A DNA stretch of 64,000 bases, taken from positions 47,430,001 through 47,494,000 of the forward strand of contig OX597818.1 of NCBI GenBank assembly GCA_951406725.2, given 5' to 3'. Under the pieces are notes generated by a model that ran no database searches, was not told the DNA's origin, and saw only the letters and a list, made by a program, of their open reading frames with translations. Both the position numbers and the translations under genes were made by a program. The DNA comes from Octopus vulgaris. Taxonomy: Eukaryota. Shown here piece by piece: positions 23,411-34,785 of this stretch. Each line of letters begins with the position of its first letter. The stretch's first letter is position 1.

Positions 23411-25012
23411 GGTGATGAAAGTTACAGAGAGTTAGTCTAGATGAGATTCAGTTTGGATTCGTGCCAGAGAAGCAGCACCACCAATGCCATATTTCTGTTA
23501 AGGCAGCTGTAGGAGAAATATCTAGCCAAAAATAAACTCCTGAACTTGGCTTTTGTTGACATGGAGAAAGTCTTCAACAGGGTCCCCCCAGCTCTCTTGT
23601 TTGGTGGTCACTGTGGAAACTAGAGATAGAGGAGTCATTGGTGAGAGCTGTACAAGCCATGTACAGGTATACTGTCAGTAAGGTGAGGGTTGGCAATGAG
23701 TATAGCAATGAATTCAGGATATAAGTAGGGGTTCGAAGATCTGTCCTCAGCCCCCCCCCTCCCTTGTTCATCATAGCCCTCCAGGCAATAACAGAGGAAT
23801 TTAAGTCGAGCTGCCTCCTGAAGCTCTTCTATGCTGATGACCTTGCACTAATAGCATCACCACCAGAACAAGAAGAAATTTTAGATGTGGAAGCAAGGTC
23901 TCGAATCAAAGGGCCTTAGAGTTAATTTAGCAAAAACCAAAATCTTAGTAAGTAGTAAAGTGGACAAATCATAAATCCCCTTCAAGTAAATAGCCCTGCT
24001 CAATATGTAGAAAAAGCATAGCTAGAAACCTCATAATATGTACCTGGTGCAAGCTATGGGCACATAAGAGGTGCAGCAATATCAGAGGAAGGTTAACAGG
24101 GAAAATAGTCTTTGTGTGAGGTAGACGTACAGGTACAATAAACACTAGAAATGTACAGAAAATGGACTCCATCAAAATGGCAGGTGGGGGTACCTAGAAG
24201 TAGTTGTTAGCTTCCGTTATCTAGGTGATCAAGTCAGCAGTGGAGATGGGTGTTCTGATAGCATAGCTGCTAGAATAAGAATAGGCTGGGCAAAGTTCAG
24301 AGACCTTTTATCTTTGTTGGTATCTAAAGGTCTTTCCATCAGAGTGAAAAGCAGATCGCATGATGCTTGTGTGCAAACAGCCATGGCAGTGAAACATGGG
24401 CTATGACTTCTGAAGACATGCATAGGCTTGAAGGAAATGAAGCTATGTTTCACTGGATGTGCAATGTCAGTGTGTATGTACGACAGAGTGTAAGCACCTT
24501 GAGAGAAAAGTTAGGCAGAAGAGGCATCATATGTATTGTGCAAGAGAGACTGTACTGGTATGGTCATATGATGCATATGGACAAGGACAGTTGTGTACAG
24601 GGCTGATCTCTAACTGTGGAGGCAACCTGTGAAAGAGGTAGACCAGGAAGATATGGGATGAGGTGGTGAAGCATGATATTCAAACATTGGGTCTCACGGA
24701 GACAGTGACAAGTGACCGAGACCTTTGGCAATATGCTGTACTTGAGAAAACTCACCAAGCCAAGTGAAATCATAGACATGGCCGATGCCACTGTCACGTA
24801 ACTGGCACCCATGCCACTGGAATAGAAAAGCACCAGTGCTGGTGGCACATAAAAAGCACCCGTTACACTCTTGGAGTGGTTGGCATTAGGAAGGGCATCC
24901 AGCTGTAGAAACCATGCCAAAATCAGACTGGAACATGGTGCAGCTCTCCAGCTTACCAGTTCCAGTGAAACCATCAAACTCATGCCAGCATGAAAAGCAA
25001 ATGCTAAATGAT
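23411..25012 (+). mobile_element. Degenerate RTE LINE RT domain through 3' UTR
   Basis: QFGF, LAFVDMEK, SVLSP, YADDL, FRYLGD, GSETW and WYGHM motifs with stops and frameshifts; 3' UTR 24750-25012. Confidence 0.88.
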
Positions 25013-25282
25013 CACCGTGACCGACCAGGCTATCAGCTGTTGCTACATATCACTGGTTACAATGCACTTCGCATTGTTTTAGCCTTCAAATGATGCCACC
25101 CCACTGGCTAAGCGAGCAGGCCCACAGAAAAAAGAGTGAGAGAAAGTTGTGGCGAAAGGGTACAGCAGGGATTGCCACCACCCCCTGCTGGAGCCTCATG
25201 GAGCTTTAGGTGGTTTTGCTCAATAAATACTCACAATACCACGATCCTACGACCGCGAGTCCGTTGCCCTAACCACCGGGCC
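25013..25282 (-). mobile_element. tRNA-derived SINE family S4 (second copy 30790-31044, plus strand)
   Basis: Head TGGCCC.GTGGTTAGGG; shared body and TGATAGCCTGGTCGGTCAC end between the two copies. Confidence 0.75.
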
Positions 25283-25358
25283 ATATATATTGATAAAAAT
25301 GGTAAGACAACAAAAGAATGAAAGAGACCTCGATATTATGGAAATAGAGGACTTTATT

Positions 25359-25473
25359 TGTAAATGTAATATGTGACAATTATTCGGTAGCCAAGATAAA
25401 ACTCCGAGTTTCGGATGCCAAAACTCGGAGTTTTATCTTGGCTACCGAATAATTGTCACATATTACATTTACA
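25359..25473. repeat. Perfect inverted repeat, 53-bp arms, 9-nt loop
   Basis: 25359-25411 is the exact reverse complement of 25421-25473. Confidence 0.95.
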
Positions 25474-26404
25474 GATATATATATGTACATGTTCATATAT
25501 ACACACATATATAATATCTAATGCTACAAGTGCAATAGTATTAGATGTTATGTGTGAGTGCATAGATGAAAATGTATGTGTACATGTATTTCATTTTGCT
25601 GAATTGTAGGAAGTGGGGTTATAATTGAAAAAATGTTAGTAAAAGGTAATAAAAAAAATTGATCTAGATAATTGCTAAACGACAGTTATTCCTCAACATT
25701 TGATCAAAGGAAGATGAACAGCTTTTAAACAATTTCTTCCTTTTATAAATTGTATCCGTTTACCAGATTTAATCAATTTTTATTGTCACATTAAAAAGAC
25801 AATGTGTGTGAATATTAACCAGAGCCGAATAAGTAAATCACATGTAATATGACAAGGGCTTCTCATAATCTCATCGTTTTTAAATAGATTTCATATCATA
25901 TCATAGTGAGTAGAAACAGAATTCCACCGTAAAAGCACTAGTTTCAACTTCATGAAATACTGTGTGCAGAATTGAAAGATGAGAAAATATGCTGTATTCT
26001 GCATGCAGACAAGCGTTGCAAGAATGGAAAAATAATGATGGTGATATGGATCAGAATAGTTTGTGAATAATAATTGTCAGTATGGTAAACAGAGAATTAA
26101 AGCAACATTTCTTTGGCAAGAGATCAAATACTGCTGCAACAAAAGAAGAAGATATCCAAGTCGAAGACAAGAGAATATAGGAAATCTGTAGCCAAAAAAA
26201 AATTGTTGGTAGTAAAATATGATAGAATTGTAATGTAGATGAAGCATGGAGGAAAATATTGTTAGAAAATAGATTAAATGCAGAATTTGAGGTTGATCCA
26301 GGTTGAAGGAGTTAGGAAAGAAAGAAAGAAAAACTAACAAAAAATAATAAATAAAGAGGTTTGGAAGTTTATTTCTTTTCTTTAATAAAACTGGATTCAC
26401 TTAC

Positions 26405-26481
26405 TTTTGGACTGTCTTCTCCAGCATATCCAGCACGAAATGAATAAGAACCAATGTCAAATACCAGCGCACCAACTTCAT
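26405..26481 (-). CDS. ACTL6A: ACTL6/BAF53 coding exon, 77 nt (exon 2 equivalent)
   Basis: ctgtag|AT GAA GTT...CCA AAA|gtaagt; (D)[25 protein letters not shown], the ACTL6 N-terminal signature. Confidence 0.97.
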
Positions 26482-26933
26482 CTACAGAGAGAAATATATA
26501 TTATTTCAGTAACATTTCAAATCACAGACTATTGTTGGTTTGGAGAAATATCTTCACAAACAGTAAAAGTATTATTTCAAATAGCATACATTCTTTATTT
26601 AATCTGTAAAGACAATCCAACGTATTTCAATAGAATAGAGGATTGATACTAAATGTCAATGTTCTGTTTGATTATGAATGTCTCTGTTCATCTCACCATG
26701 ACAAGGAATATAACTGAAGAATTTTTACCTCCTCAAAAACAAATCTCTTTTTGCATTTGTTAAATCATCTTTTTGAAACAAAATACAAAAAAAATATAAT
26801 AAATATCCATAACCCTTTAGCATTTAAACTGAATATTCTATCTGCTTCAAATTCAAGTCAGCTAGATCTCTACAATGTCATACTAAAAGTAAAGAATCAC
26901 ATCATTCGGAATCTTAAAGCTACAAGATAATAA

Positions 26934-27150
26934 TCGAAGGAGAGGAGCTTTCTCCGTCCGGGTTGCGGATCCGTGGAACAGGCTGCCAGACGAGATGGTG
27001 AAGATGCCGACGACGGCTTTGTTCAAAGCCTCCCTGGACCTCAAGTGGCCTGAACTCTTTACATGAACACCACCCTGTACTTAACTCCATGTCCCCCTAC
27101 ATGGCCTTGCTATTTGCTTTTGAGCCAAATTAACTAACTAACTAACTAAC
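26934..27150 (+). mobile_element. Second CR1-like family 3' end with (TAAC)n tail, nested in a MITE A copy
   Basis: SVRVADPWNRLPDEMVKMPTTALFKASLDLKW; GC/CpG-rich. Confidence 0.8.
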
Positions 27151-27872
27151 TTGATTAATTCAAAACATAACATTTGATAAAGTAATCTCGGTGCTAAAGG
27201 GTTAAACACTCAAAAACCTTAATATCTGTGACAGGTGTCACATAACAGACATTAACATACTGCAAGTAGACCTGTGAACAAGTTTTAATCCCTAGTATAA
27301 TTGTGAATACATCCTCATCATCGTTTGATGTCTTCATTCCATGCTGGCATGGGTTGGACGGTTTGACAGGAGCTGGCCAGGCAGAAGCGGGCACCATGCT
27401 TCTGTGTCTGTTTTGGCATAGTTTTTATGACTGGATGCCCTTCCTAACACCAACCACTCTACACAGTGAATACAATGTGGCAGAAATGGGGCGAAACGTT
27501 TGCACAATGCCAGGTGAAGTGCTTAGCGTATTTTGTCTGTCTTTACGTTCTGAGTTCAAATTCTGCTGAGGTCGACTTTGTTTATCCCTGCTTATGCACT
27601 ATAATTAGGCCTTGTAGCTAAACAGAAGAGCTACTTTTAAGGCGGTGAGCTGGCAGAAACGTTAGCACACCGGGCGAAATGCTTAGCGGTATTTCGTCTG
27701 CTGCTACATTCTGAGTTGAAATTCCACGAAGGTTGACTTTGCCTTTCATCCTTTCAAGGTCAATAAATTAAGTACCAGTTACGCACTGGGATCGATGTAA
27801 TTGACTTAATCCCTTTGTCTGACCTTGTTTGTCCTCTCTGTGTTTAACTCCTTGTGAGCAATAAAGAAATAA

Positions 27873-28240
27873 GAAATGGGGTTCCTCGAAAGAATCTCTG
27901 GAATAATGTTAGTTGACAAAGTGCAAAGCTTGAAAATCAGAGAGTCTCTACAGGTTGAGTAGCTATTTCACATTGAGAGGTCACAGCTTCAGGACTCTGG
28001 AATTCTAACTTGAATGTCATAGGAAAGAAGCATGAGACAGATTCTTCTAGCTGAGCCAACCAGCAAGAGACCAAGGACTAGACCAAAAATGAGACAGTTG
28101 GATGACACCTATCGCCTCAGTTGGTCAAGCTCGACAATTCAACCAGAAAGTGTATCAATAGCAGCTGCTTCTGATAGGACCCTGAGGATTCTACCCCCGA
28201 CAACCTTCCCAAGAATAGTGGACAGAGAAGATGGATGGAC
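27873..28240 (+). mobile_element. Decayed RTE LINE 3' end with (GATG)n tail
   Basis: MGFL.RISG, IRESLQVE, HIERSQL and KRPRTRP motifs. Confidence 0.65.
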
Positions 28241-28548
28241 ATATATGTTAAATATATAAAATGTTAAACCTGCAATGTATCATTAAAGTACAGTTAACCC
28301 ACCATTGTGATATCAGACCTTATAATCAATAAAACCTTATTTCTGCCCCTAATCAATTTCAATTAATCAAGAAAATAGAACTTATACAATGTTTAAAACC
28401 AATTGCGTTGGCCTCTGAAATTCACAAAGTCGGATGAATAATTCATTGGAAACAGAAAGTAAGACCAGGCAATGTTATGATCAGTTTTACAGTCACAAGA
28501 AAGAACTATAAAATAACAGCACCACATTCTCATCATCATCATCATCGT

Positions 28549-28776
28549 TTAACCCTTTTGTTACTAACCCGGCCAAAACCGGCTCTGGCTCTGTGGTAAA
28601 ATGTCTTGTTTTCATAAGTTTTGAATTTAAATATTCCACAAAGCTTTAGTCACAATTTACGTTCCTAACACTTGTTTAATGATAACTAAGTTATTTTGCT
28701 AAATTCTTTGTTATATTCAAAATAATTGAAAGAAACACAGAGCATCTCAAAATAAATACAGTAACAAAAGGGTTAA
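28549..28776. mobile_element. MITE B inserted at a TTAA inside an RTE 3' UTR copy
   Basis: Host reads CATCGT-TTAA-[element]-TTAA-CGTCCG; intact copies read CATCGTTTAACGTCCG. Confidence 0.92.
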
Positions 28777-30757
28777 CGTCCGTTTTCCATGCTAGCATGG
28801 GTTGGACGGTTCCACCGAGGTCTGCGAAGCCAGATGGCTGCACCAGGCTCCAATCTGATCTGGCAGTGTTTCTACAGCTGGATGCCCTTCCTAACACCAA
28901 CCATTCCGTGAGTGTGGTGGGTGCTTTTTACGTGCCACCAGCACAGGTGCCAGAGGAAGCTGGCAACAGCCACGATTGGTTGATGCTTTTTACGTGCCAT
29001 CGGCGCGGAACCCAGCCAAAGCGGCACTGGCATCGGCCCTGTAAGATAAAATGTCCATTCTAGAAAATCCATGAATTTATTCTGAAATAGTAACTAAAGA
29101 TTTTCATACCAAATTAGATTGGAAATAAGGAATTTGCATAGGTGAGTGGTTAAGAATCTTGTTTTGCAACAAAATGTTCCAGATTCAGGTCAGTACCACT
29201 GCACAGCATTTGGGCAAATGTCTTCTATTATAGTCCAAGCTTGACCAAAGCTTCATGAGTGAATTTAGAAGATGAAAACTGTGTAAAATCCATTTGCATG
29301 TATGTATATGTTTGGCTTTGTATTTGTCCTCCCCCTCTGCTTGATAACTGGTGTTGGTTTGCCTACTTCCCAGTAACTTAGAGACCGATAGAATAAGTAC
29401 CAGACTTTAAAAAATATGTACTAGAGATGATTGTTCAACTCAACTCAATGCAGAGCTCCAGCATGGCTGTAGTTCAATGACTGAAACAAGTAAAAGCTGA
29501 AAAGAATTTCCTATCAAAGTAGACCATTCTCACTTATGTGGAATTTAAAGCAACATCAAAGCCATCCCATGTCACTTTTTCACTTAACTCTTTAGCATTC
29601 AGATTACTCTGTCAAATGTAATGCTTATTTATTCACATTGTTTTTGAATTAATCATGCATTATCTCATAGCTTCAAGGTTTTGATGAGGTGATTGTTTAT
29701 TTTTAGAACATCATTGTAGGGTGGATATGAAAGACCAGGTTTTCCCAGCTTGACCATAAAATTGGTAGTATGTTTGGGCCGGATATGGCTGGTTTAAATG
29801 CTAAAGGGTTACTCTTTACTTGACTGTGGCCATGCTGGAGCACCGCCTTTAGTCAAGCAAATCGACCCCAGGATTATTCTTTGTAAGCTCAGTACTTATT
29901 CTATCGGTCTCTTTTGCCAAACTACTAAGTTACAGGGACGTAAACACACCAGCATCGGGTGTCAAGTGATATTGGGGGGACAAACACAGACACACAAACA
30001 TATAAATATATATATATATATATACATACATACGACAGGCTTTTTTCAGTTTCTGTCTACCAAATCCACTCACAAGGCGTTGGTCAGCCCGAGGCTATAG
30101 TAGAAGACACTTGCCCAAGATGCCACACAGTGGGACTGAACCCAGAACCATGTACTTGGTAAGCAAGCTACTTACCACACAGCCACTAGCCAGTAAATTC
30201 AGTATTATTTTGATTACTCTTGCAAACAAATTGATATCTTGTACTACTGTAAAATTAAGGAAAGAAAAAAAATATTGCTGTTTAGGAATATTTCAAATTT
30301 CTCTGGTCAACAAAGAAAGTTTCATTAGTTTATAAGACATTTCCTATTTTAATACTGCATTAGACCAGCAAGGTACTCAGACACTCCCAATTTTTTTCTT
30401 TTCTTTTTAAAGCTTATATTTTTCAGATGTTAGGTCAGCTAGTCTTCTCTTTTCTCATATTTTGCTCAGGGAGTGAGAAAAAGAAATAGTAAGAGAAGTG
30501 CAATCTGTTTGCTATTGTGAAATGTGCTCATTTCCAAGTGTGTCAAGATAGCACTAAGAGGAAGTCTGAAAGTGTCATCTATTATACAGGCACTGGCATG
30601 GCTGTGTGATAAGAAGCTTGGTTCCCGACCACATGGCTCCAAGTTCAGTTGCATTGTGTGGTACCTTGAGCAAGTGCCTTGGGCAGACCAAAACTTTGTG
30701 AGTGAATTTGGTAGGCAGAATCTGAAAGAAACCCATTGTGTGTGTACACACACACAC

Positions 30758-30790
<33 letters not shown>

Positions 30791-31042
30791 GGTGGAGGCG
30801 TAATGGCCCAGTGGTTAGGGTAGCGGACTCGCGGAGGTAGGATTGCGGTTTCAATTCCCAGAGCGGGGATGGTGGCAATCCCTGCTGTACTCTTTCGCTA
30901 CAACTTTCTCTCGCTCTTTCTTCTGTTGGCCTGCTCACTTAGCTAGTGGGGTGGCGTCACTTGATGGCTAAAACAATGCGAAGCACATTGTGACCAGTGA
31001 TGTGTAGCAACACCTGATAGCCTGGTCGGTCACGTGATCACA

Positions 31043-31097
<55 letters not shown>

Positions 31098-31109
31098 CTA
31101 TATGACCGT

Positions 31110-31290
31110 GTGTGTATCGTTGGTGATTTTTTTTTCCTACGTCTTTCCTTTTCCTATGTTTCTGACGAAGAGCTCCGCTCAAAACGTTAAATTCTCCTTC
31201 TTTCCCAAGCATCCAATAACACAATACTTGTTCCACGTCCTCGCGTTGTTGTGTATTCTCTTTGTGTTTTCATGTTTGAATTAACTATAT
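31110..31290 (+). mobile_element. Penelope-like pLTR relic with minimal hammerhead (GAAA mutated to AAAA)
   Basis: GTTT CTGACGA A GAGC TCC GCTC AAAA CGTT AAAT at 31158-31192; homologous to 31502-31683(-). Confidence 0.7.
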
Positions 31291-31597
31291 ATATATATTT
31301 CTTCTGCCGTTATGTTCTGAGTTCAAATTCCGCCAAGGTCGACTTTGCCTTTCATCCTTTCAGGGTTGATAAATAAATTACCAGTTACGCACTGGGGGTC
31401 GATGTAATCGACTTAATCCCTTTGTCTGTCTTTGTTTGTCCCCTCTATGTTTAGCCCCTTGTGGGCAATAAAGAAATATATATATATACATACACATATA
31501 AAGTTAATCCAAACATGAAAGCACAAAAAAACACAACGCGAGGACGTGGCACAAATATAGTATTATTGGACGCTTAGGAAGGAAGGGAAGAAGGAGG

Positions 31598-31632
31598 GTT
31601 CTACATTTCGAGCGGAGCTCTTCGTCAGAAAC
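31598..31632 (-). ncRNA. Minimal type-I hammerhead ribozyme motif within Penelope-like pLTR relic 31502-31683
   Basis: GTTT-CTGACGA-A-GAGC(TCC)GCTC-GAAA-TG-TA^-GAAC: core boxes intact, stems I and II pair. Confidence 0.7.
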
Positions 31633-32155
31633 ATAGGAAGAGGAAAGATCCAGAGAAGGGAAGACGGAGGAAAAAAAATCACGTATGGTGTGTGTATGTA
31701 TGTTTGTATGCTTGACAACTGGTGTTGGTGCATTTACATCCCCATAACTTAACTGTTCAGCAAAATTGACCAATATAAAAATACCAAGCTTGCCAAAAAA
31801 AAAAAAAAATACCGGGGTCAATCCATTCATCTAAAAACCCTTCATGACCGTGTCCCAGCATGGCCAGCCTGACTGAAACAAGTAAAAGATTGAAGCTAAT
31901 GCAATCAATCTGTTCATCAGTGAATGGAGAAATGTGTTGAAGCAGCAGAATGAATATATTTACTCTTTTATTTGTTTCAGTCATCTGACTGTGGCCATAC
32001 TGGAGCACCGCTTTTAGTCGAGCAGATCGACCCCAGGACTTATTCTTTGTAAGCCTAGTACTTATTCTATCGGTCTCTTATGCCGAACCGCTAAGTTACG
32101 GGGGACGTAAACACACCAGCATCGGTTGTCAAGCGATGTTGGGGGGACAAACACA

Positions 32156-32192
<37 letters not shown>

Positions 32193-32241
32193 GAGAAAGA
32201 AGCAACAAGAATGGATTAGTATATATATATTAGTATATGCT

Positions 32242-32281
<40 letters not shown>

Positions 32282-34742
32282 TACAACGGGCTTCTTTCAG
32301 TTTCCGTCTACCAAATCCACTCACAAGGCTTTGGTTGGCTCAAAGCTATAGTAGAAGACACATGCCCAAGGTGCCACGCAGTGGGACTGAACCCGGAATC
32401 ATGTGGTTCGTAAACAAGCTACTTACCACACAGCCACTCCTATGCCTATATTTGAATAACAAATCATGAAGTTCTTCTAAAGGAGTGTTGTACCACCCCA
32501 TTATATGAACAAAATGTTGAAAAGTGCTACTGGACAAACAAATGCTTAAATAGTTCATGTCTTTCACTAGAATTTCCTTCTCCCAGCCAGGAAAGATGTA
32601 GACCATAGAAAATATTGAGAGGCACTCATGCTAGCATGGAAGGCGGACGATAATGATGATGATGAATGAGGATAAATAAATCCAAAATTGTGTTTAATTT
32701 AGTGAAGAATGGTTGGCATAAGTTAAAAGGATGAAAAAAAAAAAAAAAACCGATAATGCAGATTTGTTTAAACTATCGACAAAATGTATCATCTCCCAAC
32801 CATATTATTGATATTAATAATCGATTCCACTATATTCCCTCTCTCCCTTGTGTGTGTGTGTGTCTGTGTGTGTGTATTGATTCCTCTTAGTTTTACCAAC
32901 TGAGCAGCACATGCTAAATATGCTTCTCTGAGGAGCTCTATCAAGGCCAAATTATGTCCGCTGCTTGCACCAGTTGACTTAAAAAACCAGATCTACTCAA
33001 ATATGCACTGTCTATATTGTCCACGATTTTTTGCTCAATTGATCTTATGGGAGCAACCTTCTGTGCTAGGTTTTTGCTTTTTGCTTTTTAGATTTTAAAT
33101 ATATCTAAACGGAGAGATTCATTTACTAATTGCTTGGATAACTTCAGTTGATTAAAGTTTTCAACTCACCATAGATAAATAGATAGCTAGGGGAGAGAGA
33201 GAGAGAGAGAGAAAGAAAGATGCAGGTGTGGTTCTATGGTTAAGATTGCTTTTCAACCTCATGGTTTCAAGGTTCAGTCCCACAGCATGGCACCGTGGGT
33301 AAATATCTACTGCAGCCCTGGACCAACCAAAGCCTAGGGAATAAATGTGGTAGATGAAAACTAAAAGAAGTCTATTATATATCATCATCATCGTCTAATG
33401 TCTGCCTTCCATGCTGGCATGGGTGGGACGGTTTGACAAGATGCCAGCCAGACAGAAGCCTGCACCAGACTTCTGTAACTGTTTTGGCAGGATTTTTACA
33501 GCCAGATGCCCTTCCTAACACCAACCACACACATGCGTGTGTTTGTGTGTGTGTGCAAGAGCATGAGAATGAGTGCATGTGTTTGTGTCCCCTAATCTTG
33601 ACATTGCATGAAAGCCGATAATGAATATCACTGTGATACAAGCAGTTTGGCCACGGGGAGATATTACCTTACTTGGAAACAAGTGGAAGTTGGCCACAGG
33701 ACATCCAGCCATAGAAAACCTGCCTCAGTAAACCCCATCAAACCTCTACTCATGCAAGCATGGACATTAAAATGATGATGAGATTGCAAGTGTGAGATGC
33801 TACTGAGTACACTCATTACACAGTATGCTTCCCTGTTGCAAACTTATTATAAATAGGAATACAAAATAGAAAAAAGAAATCCTTAAATAAACCTTAAAGA
33901 AATCTTTAAATAAACCTTAAAGAATTTACAGTTAGAAAACAGATAAAAAAAAAAGGTAAAAGAAAAAAAAAAGCAATTGATTGAGAAACATCATCATGAT
34001 CATTTTAACATCCACTTTTCCATACTTGCATGGGTTAGATGGAATTTGTTGAGACAGATTCTCTATGGCTGCCTGTGCTTCCTGTCATCAACCCTCATCA
34101 AGCAAGCAAGGTAAATATTTCCTCATAGCTGGACATGTTTTCACAGAAGATTCAAAACAGAAGGTACAGCTTGTATATCAGTGACACTAGTTTACAGCTA
34201 TACTCTCTTTTACTTGTTTCAGACATTTGACTGCGGCCATGCTGGAGCACCGCCCTTTGTTGAGCAAATCGACCCCAGGACTTATTCTTTGGAAGCCTAG
34301 TACTTATTCTATTGGTCTCTTTTGCCAAACCGCTAAGTTACGGGGACGTAAACACGCACACACTCACATATATATATATATATATATATATGCATATACA
34401 TATATATATGCATATACATATATATGCATATACATATATGCATATACATATATATGCATATGCCTCCGTGCCAGTGGCACGTAAAAAGCACCATCCGATC
34501 GTAGCCGTTTGCCAGCCTCGCCTGGCACCTGTGCCGGTAACACGTAAAAAACACCCACTACATTCATGGAGTGGTTGGCGTTAGGAAGGGCATCCAGCCA
34601 TAGAAACATTGCCAGATCAGACTGGGCCTGGTACAGCCTTCTGGCTTCCCAGACCCCAGTTGCACTGTCCAACCCATGCCAGCATGGAAAGCGGACGCTA
34701 AATGATGATGATGATGATATATATGCATATACATGTATATGC

Positions 34743-34785
<43 letters not shown>

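Noticed and set aside
33170-33186. 17-nt microexon-like pattern on minus (pyrimidine tract-TAG ... ATG|GTGAGT)
   Set aside because: The tract is a (GA)n microsatellite, the phase does not fit the next exon, and there is no homology
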